DNA from: Candidatus Hecatellales archaeon B24
Lineage (GTDB): Archaea > Thermoproteota > Bathyarchaeia > Hecatellales > Hecatellaceae
Direction of reading: 5' to 3'
Assembly (NCBI GenBank): GCA_001593855.1
Contig: LUCC01000004.1
Span: 1 to 37,703 of the forward strand
DNA length: 37,703 nucleotides
This document shows, piece after piece, positions 27,786 through 36,802 of this stretch. The notes beneath the pieces were generated by a model. That model was not told the DNA's origin. It searched no databases and saw only the letters and a program-made list of their open reading frames with translations. Every line of letters starts with the position of its first letter. Positions within the stretch are counted from its first letter, which is position 1. The position numbers were made by a program, and so were the translations under genes.

Positions 27786-28120
27786 TGGTTCGAATGCTGC
27801 CCAACATCCTGAGAAACCTCTTCTCCAAGCCTGCAACGGTTAAACATCCCTTCGTGAAGAGGGAACCCTTCCCCGGCCACCGTGGAACGATAACCTTCGA
27901 CATGAAGAAATGCGACCTATGCCAGGACTGTGAGAGACTCTGCCCTCCAGTAGCCATAAAAGTTGACCCTGAAGCCAGAACCATAACCTACGACCCCTTC
28001 AAATGCATATACTGCTACCTCTGCGTTACCAACTGCCTTCAAAGAGCCATAAGAGGGCGTCCAGCCTACACCCCGCCAGCCTACCAGAAAGAGATAGTAT
28101 ACTATAAGCCTGAAGAATAA
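27785..28120 (+). CDS. echF: Ech 2x[4Fe-4S] subunit F (NuoI family)
   Basis: NLFSKPAT..HPF, CDLCQDCERLCP and CIYCYLCVTNC. Confidence 0.9.
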   Translation: MVRMLPNILRNLFSKPATVKHPFVKREPFPGHRGTITFDMKKCDLCQDCERLCPPVAIKVDPEARTITYDPFKCIYCYLCVTNCLQRAIRGRPAYTPPAYQKEIVYYKPEE

Positions 28121-28129
28121 GAGGGATAC

Positions 28130-28612
28130 TTAGAAGACCTTCGGGATAAACCTCCACCTAACCCTCCGCGTATACTCCCTGTATTCGCTTCCAAACTTTT
28201 CAAGCAGAAGCCTTTCCTCTCTTAAAGCTGTGAGAACCGTTAGAACGGTGAAAACCGCTGCTGGAATAAGTATCCAGGCTATACCCCACAGGATGGCGAC
28301 GCCGAAATACATGAGGATTAAGCTGAGATAGCAGGGATGCCTAATCTTCGAGTAGATTCCAGCCGTTACAAGCCTGTCAATTCCCTCAACGGCTTCATGG
28401 GCTTTCCTATGGAAGACGTGAGCCTGCCTGTGAATTATCCCCCCAGCAAGAAAGACTGCAGCGCCAGCCATGTTCGTCAGCGGAGAGAACGGTATGGTCG
28501 GGGCTGAAAACAGTGTTCCTACAACTCCAATCACGATAAGTATAGGCCATTCAATAACGCTTCTGATGGAAGGTTTCAGCAGCAAATACCTGTCCAGAAT
28601 TTTCCAGCTCAT
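28130..28612 (-). CDS. Isoprenylcysteine carboxyl methyltransferase (ICMT/PEMT)-family membrane protein
   Basis: [27 protein letters not shown]...V. Confidence 0.85.
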   Translation of the reverse strand: MSWKILDRYLLLKPSIRSVIEWPILIVIGVVGTLFSAPTIPFSPLTNMAGAAVFLAGGIIHRQAHVFHRKAHEAVEGIDRLVTAGIYSKIRHPCYLSLILMYFGVAILWGIAWILIPAAVFTVLTVLTALREERLLLEKFGSEYREYTRRVRWRFIPKVF

Positions 28613-28634
28613 CCGCTTGCACGTATGTTTTTCA

Positions 28635-29666
28635 TCAAGCGTTTTGTAAAACCTTTTCGGCTATGGCTTCAGCCATCTGGCTTGTGGTAGCTGAGCCTCC
28701 AAGGTCATACGTTTTAACTTTCCCCTCCCTTAAAACCTCGATTACGGATTTTTCAACTTTTTCAGCTGCTCCTGTTTCCCCGAGAAATTCCAGCAGCATT
28801 TTAGCTGCGAGAATGGTGGCCACCGGATTAACCTTGTTTTGGCCTGCATACTTGGGGGCTGAGCCGTGGACAGGCTCGAACATCCCGTATTTTTCGCCTA
28901 GATTGGCTCCTGCGGCAAGTCCTAGGCCTCCAACAAGCCCTGCCGCCTCATCCGACAGGATGTCCCCGAACATGTTGGTGGTTACGATCACGTCGAAGGT
29001 TTGAGGCCGCCTTACAAGCTGCATGGCTGCAGCGTCAACCCTAAGCTCCTCTACCTCCACTTCAGGATATTCCTCTGCCACGTCTAGAACGGCCTGCTTG
29101 AAAATGCTGTCTGTCAGCTTTAAAATGTTAGCCTTGTGCACGTAGGTCAGCTTCTTCTTGCGTTTACGCGCTAGGTTGAAGGCGAATCTTGCCACCCGCT
29201 CCGACGCCCTACGCGTTATAAGCCTCGTTGAAATTCCCACTCCAGGAGCGATCTCGAATTCTCTGGCATAGTAGAAGCCTTCAGTGTTCTCTCTCACGAT
29301 TACCAAGTCTATGTCGGGTCTGAGGCATGGAACGTTTGGAAGGCTTCGAGCAGGCCTAACGTTAGCGTAAAGGTCGAACATGGTTCTAATTTTAACGGCG
29401 ACGCTTACAGGCGAACCTGGCTCCTCTGGAGTGGTTACAGGACCCTTGAAGCAGGCGTGAGACTGCTTAAGCTTTTCAACGGTTTCCTCCGGAAGGTTGG
29501 TTCCATATTTAGGTATAACGGAAACCCCTGCCTCGCACATTAAATATTCAAACCTAACGCTTCCAGCAGCCTCTTGAACAGCGTCTAAAACCTTTAAGGC
29601 TGCTTTCACAACCTCCGGCCCTATGCCCTCTCCGGGAATAACTGCAATCCTATAGGTTCCAGCCAA
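28635..29666 (-). CDS. leuB: 3-isopropylmalate/isocitrate-family decarboxylating dehydrogenase
   Basis: [40 protein letters not shown]; substrate specificity not resolvable by eye. Confidence 0.75.
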   Translation of the reverse strand: MAGTYRIAVIPGEGIGPEVVKAALKVLDAVQEAAGSVRFEYLMCEAGVSVIPKYGTNLPEETVEKLKQSHACFKGPVTTPEEPGSPVSVAVKIRTMFDLYANVRPARSLPNVPCLRPDIDLVIVRENTEGFYYAREFEIAPGVGISTRLITRRASERVARFAFNLARKRKKKLTYVHKANILKLTDSIFKQAVLDVAEEYPEVEVEELRVDAAAMQLVRRPQTFDVIVTTNMFGDILSDEAAGLVGGLGLAAGANLGEKYGMFEPVHGSAPKYAGQNKVNPVATILAAKMLLEFLGETGAAEKVEKSVIEVLREGKVKTYDLGGSATTSQMAEAIAEKVLQNA

Positions 29667-29717
29667 CCCTAAACCTTCCCGACTTCAGCCTCTTCAAAAA
29701 ATCCCAGCTTTCAATTA

Positions 29718-30878
29718 TTAACTTTTCTGCAGGCCGTTTCCTATTTTCAAGCTTGTAAGCAGGGGCACTTCGACTAGAAGTATCAAGGCGAGGATTATGT
29801 AGGCTGAAACGAAGCCTAAGCCCTCGACGAGAAGGCCTGTCAGGGTTGAAGACAGCGAAGCTGCAGCCATGCTGGCTGTGAAAAGAACGCCGTAGCCTAT
29901 CCCCCAGGCCTCCCTGGGTGTAAGGTCTGTGGCTAAAGCGTCGTGAAGCGTTATAATCGACCACACGGCTATCCCGGCAGCCACCACTAAGGGTATGGGG
30001 TTCTCCCACGGCGCTAAAGCCATAGCTGTGATTAAGCTTGAAGAGGCAACTACCATGGCCAACATGAGCCTTCTACGTTCCACCCTGTCGGCTAGATACC
30101 CTGTTAAAGGCTGAATTATTCCTGCAACGTAGAAAAGCGCGTAATAGTATCCTGTCTGGGCTGCCGCTATCCCATAGATGGAGATTAAGAAGAGAGGCAG
30201 AAAGTTTCCAACCCCCCTAATCGACAGCGTCATCATCATGAACATGGACAGAAGACGCTTAAACCCGTAGACCTGGAAGAGGTTTTTCAAGGATATAGGC
30301 TTCTCCACAGGCCTAACCTCAGGTGTAGCAGCCAGCAGAATGAGGGCTCCCAACGCGAAGCCTAAAACCGAGAAGAGGACCAGCGGAATTCTCCAGCCTA
30401 GAGGAATTAAAGCCGCTACAGCTGCCGGTGTTAAGGTGAACCCAAGCGAAGAGGAGAAGCCATGTATTCCCAGGGCCTTCCCGCGTTGATCCCTCGGGAA
30501 AACATCTGATATGAGGCGGAGCGATAGGGGGTGGTGGGCTGAGCCTCCAAGCCCTGCAAGAGCCTGAAAGGCGAGGATAGCATAGTAGTGGGTGGATGTG
30601 GCTGTTAGAAGCATTCCGGCGGAGGACAGTAGAAGCCCGAAGCCCATAAGCTTGGCAGGGTTAAATCTTCCAGCTAAAACTCCGACGGGAATCTGTCCTA
30701 CCGCGTAGGTGGCAAGGAAAACAGAGAAGATAATTCCAGCCTCCATATAAGTTAACCTGAACTCTTCCAGAATCATGGGTGAAAGAGCTGGAACCAGAAT
30801 CCAGAAGCTATGGTTCATAGCGTGCGATACCGAAATTGAAAGCAGAGCTTGAAGGCTGCGTGGAGAGGTCTCACTCAA
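29718..30878 (-). CDS. MFS transporter (Fsr-like)
   Basis: About 12 TM helices; SHAMNH, GSAHHP, RGKALGIH, GYLADR; TTG 30878 taken as start instead of 30962. Confidence 0.88.
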   Translation of the reverse strand: MSETSPRSLQALLSISVSHAMNHSFWILVPALSPMILEEFRLTYMEAGIIFSVFLATYAVGQIPVGVLAGRFNPAKLMGFGLLLSSAGMLLTATSTHYYAILAFQALAGLGGSAHHPLSLRLISDVFPRDQRGKALGIHGFSSSLGFTLTPAAVAALIPLGWRIPLVLFSVLGFALGALILLAATPEVRPVEKPISLKNLFQVYGFKRLLSMFMMMTLSIRGVGNFLPLFLISIYGIAAAQTGYYYALFYVAGIIQPLTGYLADRVERRRLMLAMVVASSSLITAMALAPWENPIPLVVAAGIAVWSIITLHDALATDLTPREAWGIGYGVLFTASMAAASLSSTLTGLLVEGLGFVSAYIILALILLVEVPLLTSLKIGNGLQKS

Positions 30879-31112
30879 CCTTTCTTCCCTCCAAGCCTCC
30901 GTGAAAAGCCTGAATTCTCCATGTCCTTGAAAGTCAGCCATCCGCCAACTTATAGTCAGCAAGCCGGATATTAGCGGTTTTCGCTTCCACCGGCGGAGTC
31001 TAAAAATCCGTAATGGTTAAATGAAAAAACGATTTTTAAGGGTTAAAAGGGAAGGTTCAAAGGCTTCCTTCATCATGGTATGGGCGGCTGCTTCACGTAA
31101 AAAGGGTCTGCC

Positions 31113-31886
31113 GTGATGAAGCTTTACGTGATTTACGGAGACGAATTCGCAGAGCGTTTCATAGGCAACCTGTTGAACTATTCGGCTTTCTGCGAAGCAT
31201 GTGGGCTGTTCTGTGAGCACTGCAGGACTGCCTACCCGTCTTATGCTTCAGACTTCGAAGGCGTTTTCAGGGTGGAAACCGGGCTTCCCTCCTTCATTGA
31301 GGAGCCGGAAGGCTATCTTCCCTCAAGCATAGGCTCGGCTGAAGTGCTGGTTGCTGTTGGAATCCACGTAGACCTGCTTCTCGCCATCCCTAAACTCGTA
31401 GTCAACAGCAAGGTTAAAGGCGTAATAGTTCCAGTGGAGCACAGCCACTGGTGTCCTCCAGCCGTCAGAAGCCAGCTTAAAAGCGAACTCAGCGAGATGA
31501 ACGTTGAGTCAGCATTTCCAAAGCCCTTCTGCGCCCTTGAGAAGCCTGAAAAAGGAGGAATAATCGACGTCTTCATCGAGAGATATATGATTGGAAGACC
31601 TAAACTCGAGGTTAAAATTGTCCGGGGAGAAATCCGTGGAACCCGTGTTTTAAGAAGTGCCCCCTGCGGTTCAACATGGTATATCGCCCAGCAGATTAAG
31701 GGGCATAGGGTGGAAGGCATAGAAGAGGTTATATCTAAAGCCCACCACTCCTACCCTTGCACGGCCAGCATGGAAGTAGACAGGGAAATAGGCGACACCA
31801 TCCTCCATAAGGCTGGATATATAATAAGAGAGGAAGTGCTGGAAGCCATAGGAAGGGCGCAGTCTGCTGAAACGTTCGAAGGCTGA
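31113..31886 (+). CDS. DUF166-family protein
   Basis: IEEPE.YLP, HVDL, FPKPFCAL, GRP, VLRSAPCGSTW, HHSYPCTASM, LHKAG. Confidence 0.8.
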   Translation: MMKLYVIYGDEFAERFIGNLLNYSAFCEACGLFCEHCRTAYPSYASDFEGVFRVETGLPSFIEEPEGYLPSSIGSAEVLVAVGIHVDLLLAIPKLVVNSKVKGVIVPVEHSHWCPPAVRSQLKSELSEMNVESAFPKPFCALEKPEKGGIIDVFIERYMIGRPKLEVKIVRGEIRGTRVLRSAPCGSTWYIAQQIKGHRVEGIEEVISKAHHSYPCTASMEVDREIGDTILHKAGYIIREEVLEAIGRAQSAETFEG

Positions 31887-31920
31887 CTTCAAGTGAAGTT
31901 TTAAGCTAAGGCGTGCTCAG

Positions 31921-32283
31921 TTAAGCCTTGGCGAAGACCGTTTCTAAGGCTTTCTTTGCCGTTCGAATTGTCTGCGCCCCACCGCTTACAAAAGCTACTT
32001 TCAAGGCTTCTAAGACTTCCTCGCGGGTTGCTCCAAGGTTTAATGCAGCTCTCATAGACTGAACCACGCAGTCCTCACACATTCTCGCAGCGCCAATACC
32101 CATAACCAGCAACATTTTGTATTTGGCAGGCAGAGCACCGTCACTGAGGATAACCTTGTTGCAGTGCTCGTAGAAGGATGCTGAGGAAGGATCTAACCTT
32201 ACGAAAACCTCCATCGGACCAGGTTCAAACCCTATTCTCCTAGAAACTTTCCTGGAAACTTTTCTACCTGGCAATGTTGACAC
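31921..32283 (-). CDS. Carboxymuconolactone decarboxylase/AhpD-family protein
   Basis: GALPAKYKML, CEDC, ALNLGATREEVLEAL. Confidence 0.85.
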   Translation of the reverse strand: MSTLPGRKVSRKVSRRIGFEPGPMEVFVRLDPSSASFYEHCNKVILSDGALPAKYKMLLVMGIGAARMCEDCVVQSMRAALNLGATREEVLEALKVAFVSGGAQTIRTAKKALETVFAKA

Positions 32284-32325
32284 CGAGAAAGAACTCTCTC
32301 GGAGGAGGATAAAAAGGTTTCACCG

Positions 32326-32910
32326 CTACCCGAAATGCTTTTTGAAAACTTGGTAGAGGTCTGCTGGCTTCTCCAGTATGAACACGCCTTCCATTCTAGT
32401 CAGCCTTTCAACGTTTTCCACGTCTTCTCTTCTCACCCTCAGCTTTAGGCTGCGGCCGCTGGGAAGCTTTGTAACTATAACGCCTTCCCTGTAATCGGAG
32501 GGCATTACGTAGACGGGGACGAAGGCTTTAAGAGCCATAATCGCCGAATTAGAGAGCAGGCTGTCCGCTATCCCCAGCGAAATCTTCGCAACAGTATTCG
32601 ACGTGGCCGGAGCTATCAGTAAAAAGTCAAACTTTCCCAGTTGCAGCTGGCCGGCTAGAAACGGCGAATTCGCGTCAGTTTCAACCCAAAGCCTGCCGAA
32701 GTTCTTCTCCAAATCGCCGGTAAGCCTGTAATATTTCGCGACTAGGCTTCCAGCCTTAGAAAGGAAAACCTTTATGTCTGCGATGCCCTCGTATTTTCTC
32801 TTTATTTTCTTCATGGTTTCAACGGTTTCAGTCAGTCTGTCCCCGCTGCCTGTGATTCCCCAAGCAACTTTTCCCTTCTTTTCCGCCTTCAAGGCGTGTA
32901 GGCACCTCAC
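32326..32910 (-). CDS. afpA: Archaeal flavoprotein AfpA family
   Basis: VAWGITGSG, ANSPFLAG.LQ.GKFD, PATSNTVAKI..GIADSL, PSD. Confidence 0.85.
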   Translation of the reverse strand: MRCLHALKAEKKGKVAWGITGSGDRLTETVETMKKIKRKYEGIADIKVFLSKAGSLVAKYYRLTGDLEKNFGRLWVETDANSPFLAGQLQLGKFDFLLIAPATSNTVAKISLGIADSLLSNSAIMALKAFVPVYVMPSDYREGVIVTKLPSGRSLKLRVRREDVENVERLTRMEGVFILEKPADLYQVFKKHFG

Positions 32911-33497
32911 TCTTTAACTTCAAGCTTCTCCAGGAATTCAGCAAATCTTTTAACGGTTTTTCTCAGGCTTCTAAATCCCTCCAAGTCTTTCTTGACGTCT
33001 TCCAAGGTGTCTTTAGACCAGAAGGTGGCTCCAAGGTTTGCTCCGAAAGCTCCTCCGCTAACCGGGATAACCCCGTTTAAAATGTAGAAAGTCATGATTT
33101 GCTGTAATGCTAGCTCTTGGCCGCCAGCCCTGTCTCCTCCAACCGCAACAGCCATGCCGATTTTATACTTGAAGATGTTAGGGTTTGACGCGACTAGGGC
33201 TCGGCATCGGTCCATAACAGCCTTCATCTGCCCGCTTACCCCGCCGTTGTAAACGGGGGTGGCGATTATTATTCCTCTGGCTTTCCCGAGTAAAGGGTAA
33301 AGCTCATACATGTCGTCTTTAATCGCGCATTCCTTGTTTTTCAGGCAGTAGTCGCAGTGCTGGCAGGGAGCAATCTTCCTGCCTCTGACGGTGAAAAACT
33401 CCGTTTTAAACCCCTTCTTCTCCAGCATTTTCAGGGCTTCCTTCAGAACATGCTCCGTTGCCTGCCTTCTAGGGCTTCCGCATATGCCCAGTATCAT
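32907..33497 (-). CDS. Iron-sulfur flavoprotein / NADPH-dependent FMN reductase family
   Basis: GSPR, CQHCDYCLKNKEC, DDM, TPVY, DR, GGQE. Confidence 0.88.
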   Translation of the reverse strand: MILGICGSPRRQATEHVLKEALKMLEKKGFKTEFFTVRGRKIAPCQHCDYCLKNKECAIKDDMYELYPLLGKARGIIIATPVYNGGVSGQMKAVMDRCRALVASNPNIFKYKIGMAVAVGGDRAGGQELALQQIMTFYILNGVIPVSGGAFGANLGATFWSKDTLEDVKKDLEGFRSLRKTVKRFAEFLEKLEVKE

Positions 33498-33598
33498 AGC
33501 TCAGAAACTCTCCGAATTTCAAAATCGTGGAAGTCTCTTTCCTCTTTAGGATAGGGAAGGGGATGAAAATATAAAAAGTTGGAGGGGGTTAGGTAGGA

Positions 33599-33760
33599 CT
33601 ACTTTAAAGGCTCAAACTGTTCTTTGGGAGCCCCGCAAATCGGGCAAATCCAGTCTTCAGGAAGGTTTTCAAACCTGGTTCCCGCCGGAATGTTGTTTTC
33701 AGGGTCTCCCTTTTCCTCGTCGTATATGTACCCGCAGATGGTGCACCTGTACTTTGCCAA
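33599..33760 (-). CDS. Rubredoxin; absent from the ORF track
   Basis: Manual translation [53 protein letters not shown] (TTG start, 53 aa). Confidence 0.95.
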   Translation of the reverse strand: MAKYRCTICGYIYDEEKGDPENNIPAGTRFENLPEDWICPICGAPKEQFEPLK

Positions 33761-33763
33761 GGC

Positions 33764-34120
33764 TTAACCCTCCGCATGGACAGGAGCGGTTTTCGGGGTG
33801 CCTCCCCTCTTCACCAAGCGATAGTAAGCGTAGGTCATAGGTTCTCCACCCGTCAAAACATTGGCGTCCACGATTTCGCCTGCGAAGAGGGTATGGCTGC
33901 CAACGTCAAGCTCCCCTTTAACCTCCACCTCCAACCATGCCAACGTGTTATCCAAAACTATAGGAACACCGGTTCTACCTATTTTAAAGTTGACACCTTC
34001 AAGCTTGTTGATTTCCCTGCCTGACTTGAAGCCGAACCTTCCAATAAAAGACAGCGGAGTGTCCTTTGAAAGAGCTGAAACCGGAGAAATAGAGTGCTTC
34101 GACTGGTGGTTCTGCCACAA
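33764..34120 (-). pseudogene. 5'-truncated flavin reductase (flavoredoxin-like)
   Basis: Only the C-terminal part is present (FIGRFGFKSGR, GSHTLFAGEIV, PMTYAYY...TPKTAP); an out-of-frame VAEPP remnant lies near 34105-34119. Confidence 0.72.
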
Positions 34121-34165
34121 GAAAATTTAAATGGCGTGCTGATGCTGAATGAAGGGGGAATAAAT

Positions 34166-34750
34166 TTGGGTGAAACCATAAAAAACCTGGTAAAAGCTTT
34201 CATCGGAGAAAGTCAGGCGAGAAACCGTTACACCTTCTACGCGAAGGCTGCCAAGCAGGAAGGATACGAGCAGATTGCAGAAATCTTTCTCATCACGGCG
34301 GAAAACGAAAAGGAACATGCAAGCACCCTCTTCAAACTTATCAACGAGCTTAAAAAGCAAAGTGGCGGAAGCCTGGATGAAATTAGCGTGGAGGCGGCAG
34401 CTCCAACCGTGTTCGGCACCACCGCGGAAAACCTGAAGGCGGCAATCGCCGGAGAAAACTACGAGTACACCAAAATGTATCCTGAGTTTGCTGAAGTTGC
34501 GGAGAAGGAGGGCTACCCTGAAATCGCGAAGAGGCTTAGGGCGATTGCAAAGGCTGAGGAACACCACGAGGAAAGATATAGAAAACTGCTGAAAGAAGTG
34601 GAAGCTGGCACGGTTTTCAAGAAGGAGAAGGAAGTCTGGTGGGTGTGCAGGGAATGCGGCTACGTCCACTACGGGAAGGAGCCTCCTGAGAAATGTCCCT
34701 CCTGCGACCACCCCAGAAGCTACTTCCAAATTAAATGCGAAGAATATTAA
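34166..34750 (+). CDS. rbr: Rubrerythrin
   Basis: [26 protein letters not shown]-terminal CRECGY and CPSCDHP; TTG 34166 after GAAGGGGG. Confidence 0.95.
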   Translation: MGETIKNLVKAFIGESQARNRYTFYAKAAKQEGYEQIAEIFLITAENEKEHASTLFKLINELKKQSGGSLDEISVEAAAPTVFGTTAENLKAAIAGENYEYTKMYPEFAEVAEKEGYPEIAKRLRAIAKAEEHHEERYRKLLKEVEAGTVFKKEKEVWWVCRECGYVHYGKEPPEKCPSCDHPRSYFQIKCEEY

Positions 34751-34763
34751 GGGGGATGAAAAA

Positions 34764-35141
34764 TTGACTGAACTGAAACAGGTTTACAGGTGCAATGTCT
34801 GCGGGAACATAGTTGAGGTTTTACATGCTGGAAAGGGGGAGCTGGTATGCTGCGGCCAGCCTATGGAGCTACTTCAAGAGAAAACAGAGGAAGCTGGGAA
34901 AGAAAAGCATGTGCCCGTGATAGAGAGAACAGAGGCTGAAGTAAAGGTGAAAGTGAGCTCCATTTCTCACCCAATGGAGGAAAACCATTTCATAGAGTGG
35001 GTTGAACTTTTAGCCGACGGCAGAGTGTACAGAAAGTTTCTGAAGCCCGGAGACCTGCCGGAAGCCGAATTTCAGGTGAAAGCTGAAAAGGTGGAGGCAA
35101 GAGAATACTGCAGCGTTCACGGGCTGTGGAAAACCTCCTAA
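34764..35141 (+). CDS. dfx: Desulfoferrodoxin (2Fe superoxide reductase)
   Basis: CNVCGN..., CCG, EKHVP, HPM...HFIEW, CSVHGLW. Confidence 0.95.
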   Translation: MTELKQVYRCNVCGNIVEVLHAGKGELVCCGQPMELLQEKTEEAGKEKHVPVIERTEAEVKVKVSSISHPMEENHFIEWVELLADGRVYRKFLKPGDLPEAEFQVKAEKVEAREYCSVHGLWKTS

Positions 35142-35253
35142 CCCCACATTTTTAAGCTAGGTCATGAAGGGTGCTTGCTAAGAGCTTAAACGTTAAGAAG
35201 CATAGTAGAAAGGTAAGCTGGATTGGCTTGTATGAAGAGGGTGGAAGCTGAAA

Positions 35254-35580
35254 ATGGCTGAACGCGTATGGAAGGGGAAGCCCATACCGGAGTTCAAACT
35301 TTTCCAGGAGAGGTTTCCCAAGCTTTCAGAAGAATTCACCGAGTTGGTCCGTGAAACTTTAGAAGAATCAAAGCTGGAAAGAAAAATACAGGAGCTGGTC
35401 ATAGTTGCCCTTCTCGCAGGCAAGTTTGAAGGAGGCTTCAAGTTCCACCTGAAAGAAGCTATAAGGCACGGGGCGACCAAGGAAGAAGTAGCTGGTGCTA
35501 TTCTTTTAACCCTGCCCTACTGTGATGTGGCTACTTTCCTGAAATCGCTGGCCTGGGCAAGGGAAGAAGGAATACTTTAA
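35254..35580 (+). CDS. Carboxymuconolactone decarboxylase-family protein (no CxxC)
   Basis: LERKIQELVIVALL, FHLKEAIRHGATKEEV. Confidence 0.8.
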   Translation: MAERVWKGKPIPEFKLFQERFPKLSEEFTELVRETLEESKLERKIQELVIVALLAGKFEGGFKFHLKEAIRHGATKEEVAGAILLTLPYCDVATFLKSLAWAREEGIL

Positions 35581-35760
35581 CATGAAAACATGGAAATTAT
35601 CGCCCGAAGCGTACCTAATATCATTAAGATGATGTTTGAAACACTGGAGTTGAAGGACTAAATGAGGTAACGGAGGTTTAAGCCCCATCTGTCACGGGTT
35701 CTAGGAAAACTTGATTCGCCAAAATTACTGAACAGGGAAAGACTTTTCGCATAATCCTGC

Positions 35761-36012
35761 TCAAATTTCTTCGGCTATCTTCTTGGCTTCTGGGAGGCGT
35801 TTTGAATTTAGGGCTACATCGAGGCCGTGACGGGTGGGATGAGGTATAAGCCAGCTTTCCTTTATCAGGCGTTTCACGGCTTTCTTGACTTCGCCTCTCA
35901 GGTGTTTGGGGAAGCCCTTTGGGACATTATCGACGGGTGTGTGTTTGGCTCCGGCTGCATGGAGCCTATAAAATTTAGCTATGATTGCTCGGTCGATGTC
36001 GGTCAGGACCAT
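35761..36012 (-). CDS. Small basic hypothetical protein, possibly winged-helix fold
   Basis: 83 aa, ATG with SD GGAGG; KHTPVDNVPKGFPKH...KKAVKRLIKESWLIPHPT...VALN. Confidence 0.7.
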   Translation of the reverse strand: MVLTDIDRAIIAKFYRLHAAGAKHTPVDNVPKGFPKHLRGEVKKAVKRLIKESWLIPHPTRHGLDVALNSKRLPEAKKIAEEI

Positions 36013-36050
36013 GTCTTGCCTCCCTTTAGGTTTTGTAGCTTATAAGCATT

Positions 36051-36135
36051 ATGTTCTAAATGAAACATTAGCATATTTTAAAAAACATTTAAATGTTTCT
36101 TAAAAGAAATATTTATAAGGCTGAAACATGTCCAT
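36051..36135. promoter_or_regulatory. Divergent promoter region with repeated AAACAT/ATGTTT operator-like sites
   Basis: Perfect palindrome AAACATTTAAATGTTT at 36083-36098; AAACAT-TAGC-ATATTT at 36063-36078; half-sites at 36051 and 36124. Confidence 0.55.
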
Positions 36136-36154
36136 TTAATTTGGAGGAAAAACT

Positions 36155-36502
36155 ATGCCAAAAACCCGGCAAGCCGAAATAAACCCTCCAGCCCTCCAGC
36201 AACTCTTCGGTCCAACCGCCATGGCTAAGCTTCTAGACTTCTTAACCCTCTACCATAGCCTAGACTATCCGAAGTCTGAGATTGCTGAGAACTCGGGGAT
36301 AGGCTGGAAGACACTACACACCCTCTGGCCCCTCTTGGAACACTATGAACTCGTGAAGCACACCCGCGATGTGGGCAGAGCCAAACTCTACCGAACCAAC
36401 ACGGACAGCCCCATCATAAAAGCCCTACACCAACTGGCCCACCAAATATCAACCCACAACCTTGAGAAACAGGCAAAAAACGGGTACCCGTCCTCGCCAT
36501 AG
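36155..36502 (+). CDS. Winged helix-turn-helix protein (ArsR-like)
   Basis: SD GGAGG; LFG....KLLDFL...DYPKSEIAENSGIGWKTL...L...ELVKHTRDVGRAKLY..N..SPI. Confidence 0.8.
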   Translation: MPKTRQAEINPPALQQLFGPTAMAKLLDFLTLYHSLDYPKSEIAENSGIGWKTLHTLWPLLEHYELVKHTRDVGRAKLYRTNTDSPIIKALHQLAHQISTHNLEKQAKNGYPSSP

Positions 36503-36559
36503 CCAAAGCTTAAAGGGGATAGCATGGTTCCCACGATGAGCTGAGTCATAAGTCTTCAG

Positions 36560-36802
36560 CTACTTATTTTTAAACCAGTTGGGTCTCATGAGGTGGGCTA
36601 GGTCTCGCCAGGATAGTTTTGCGTATCTTGTGACGGTTTCGATGTGTTTCCAGCCAAACCAGTCTTGGAGTTGCATGAGGCCGAAACTGTATTCGCTGGC
36701 CAGCTGGCATGCGCGCTGTGCTCGGAACCAGTGGTCATAGAGGTGGACGCCTACTTTTCGCCCTATCTCCCCCACGATTTGATGGGCTCTGACGCGGCTG
36801 AG
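36560..36802 (-). mobile_element. C-terminal remnant of a tyrosine recombinase/integrase
   Basis: LSRVRAHQIVGEIG...HWFRAQRA (H-x-x-R), FGW (H/W position), TVTRYA (catalytic Tyr); N-terminal part missing. Confidence 0.82.

Noticed and set aside
35581..35760. Possible att site or tRNA fragment (GGTTTAAGCCCC) and tiny ORFs at the edge of the accessory region
   Set aside because: No convincing tRNA arm, no match to the tRNA-Trp 3' end, no partner repeat in the window
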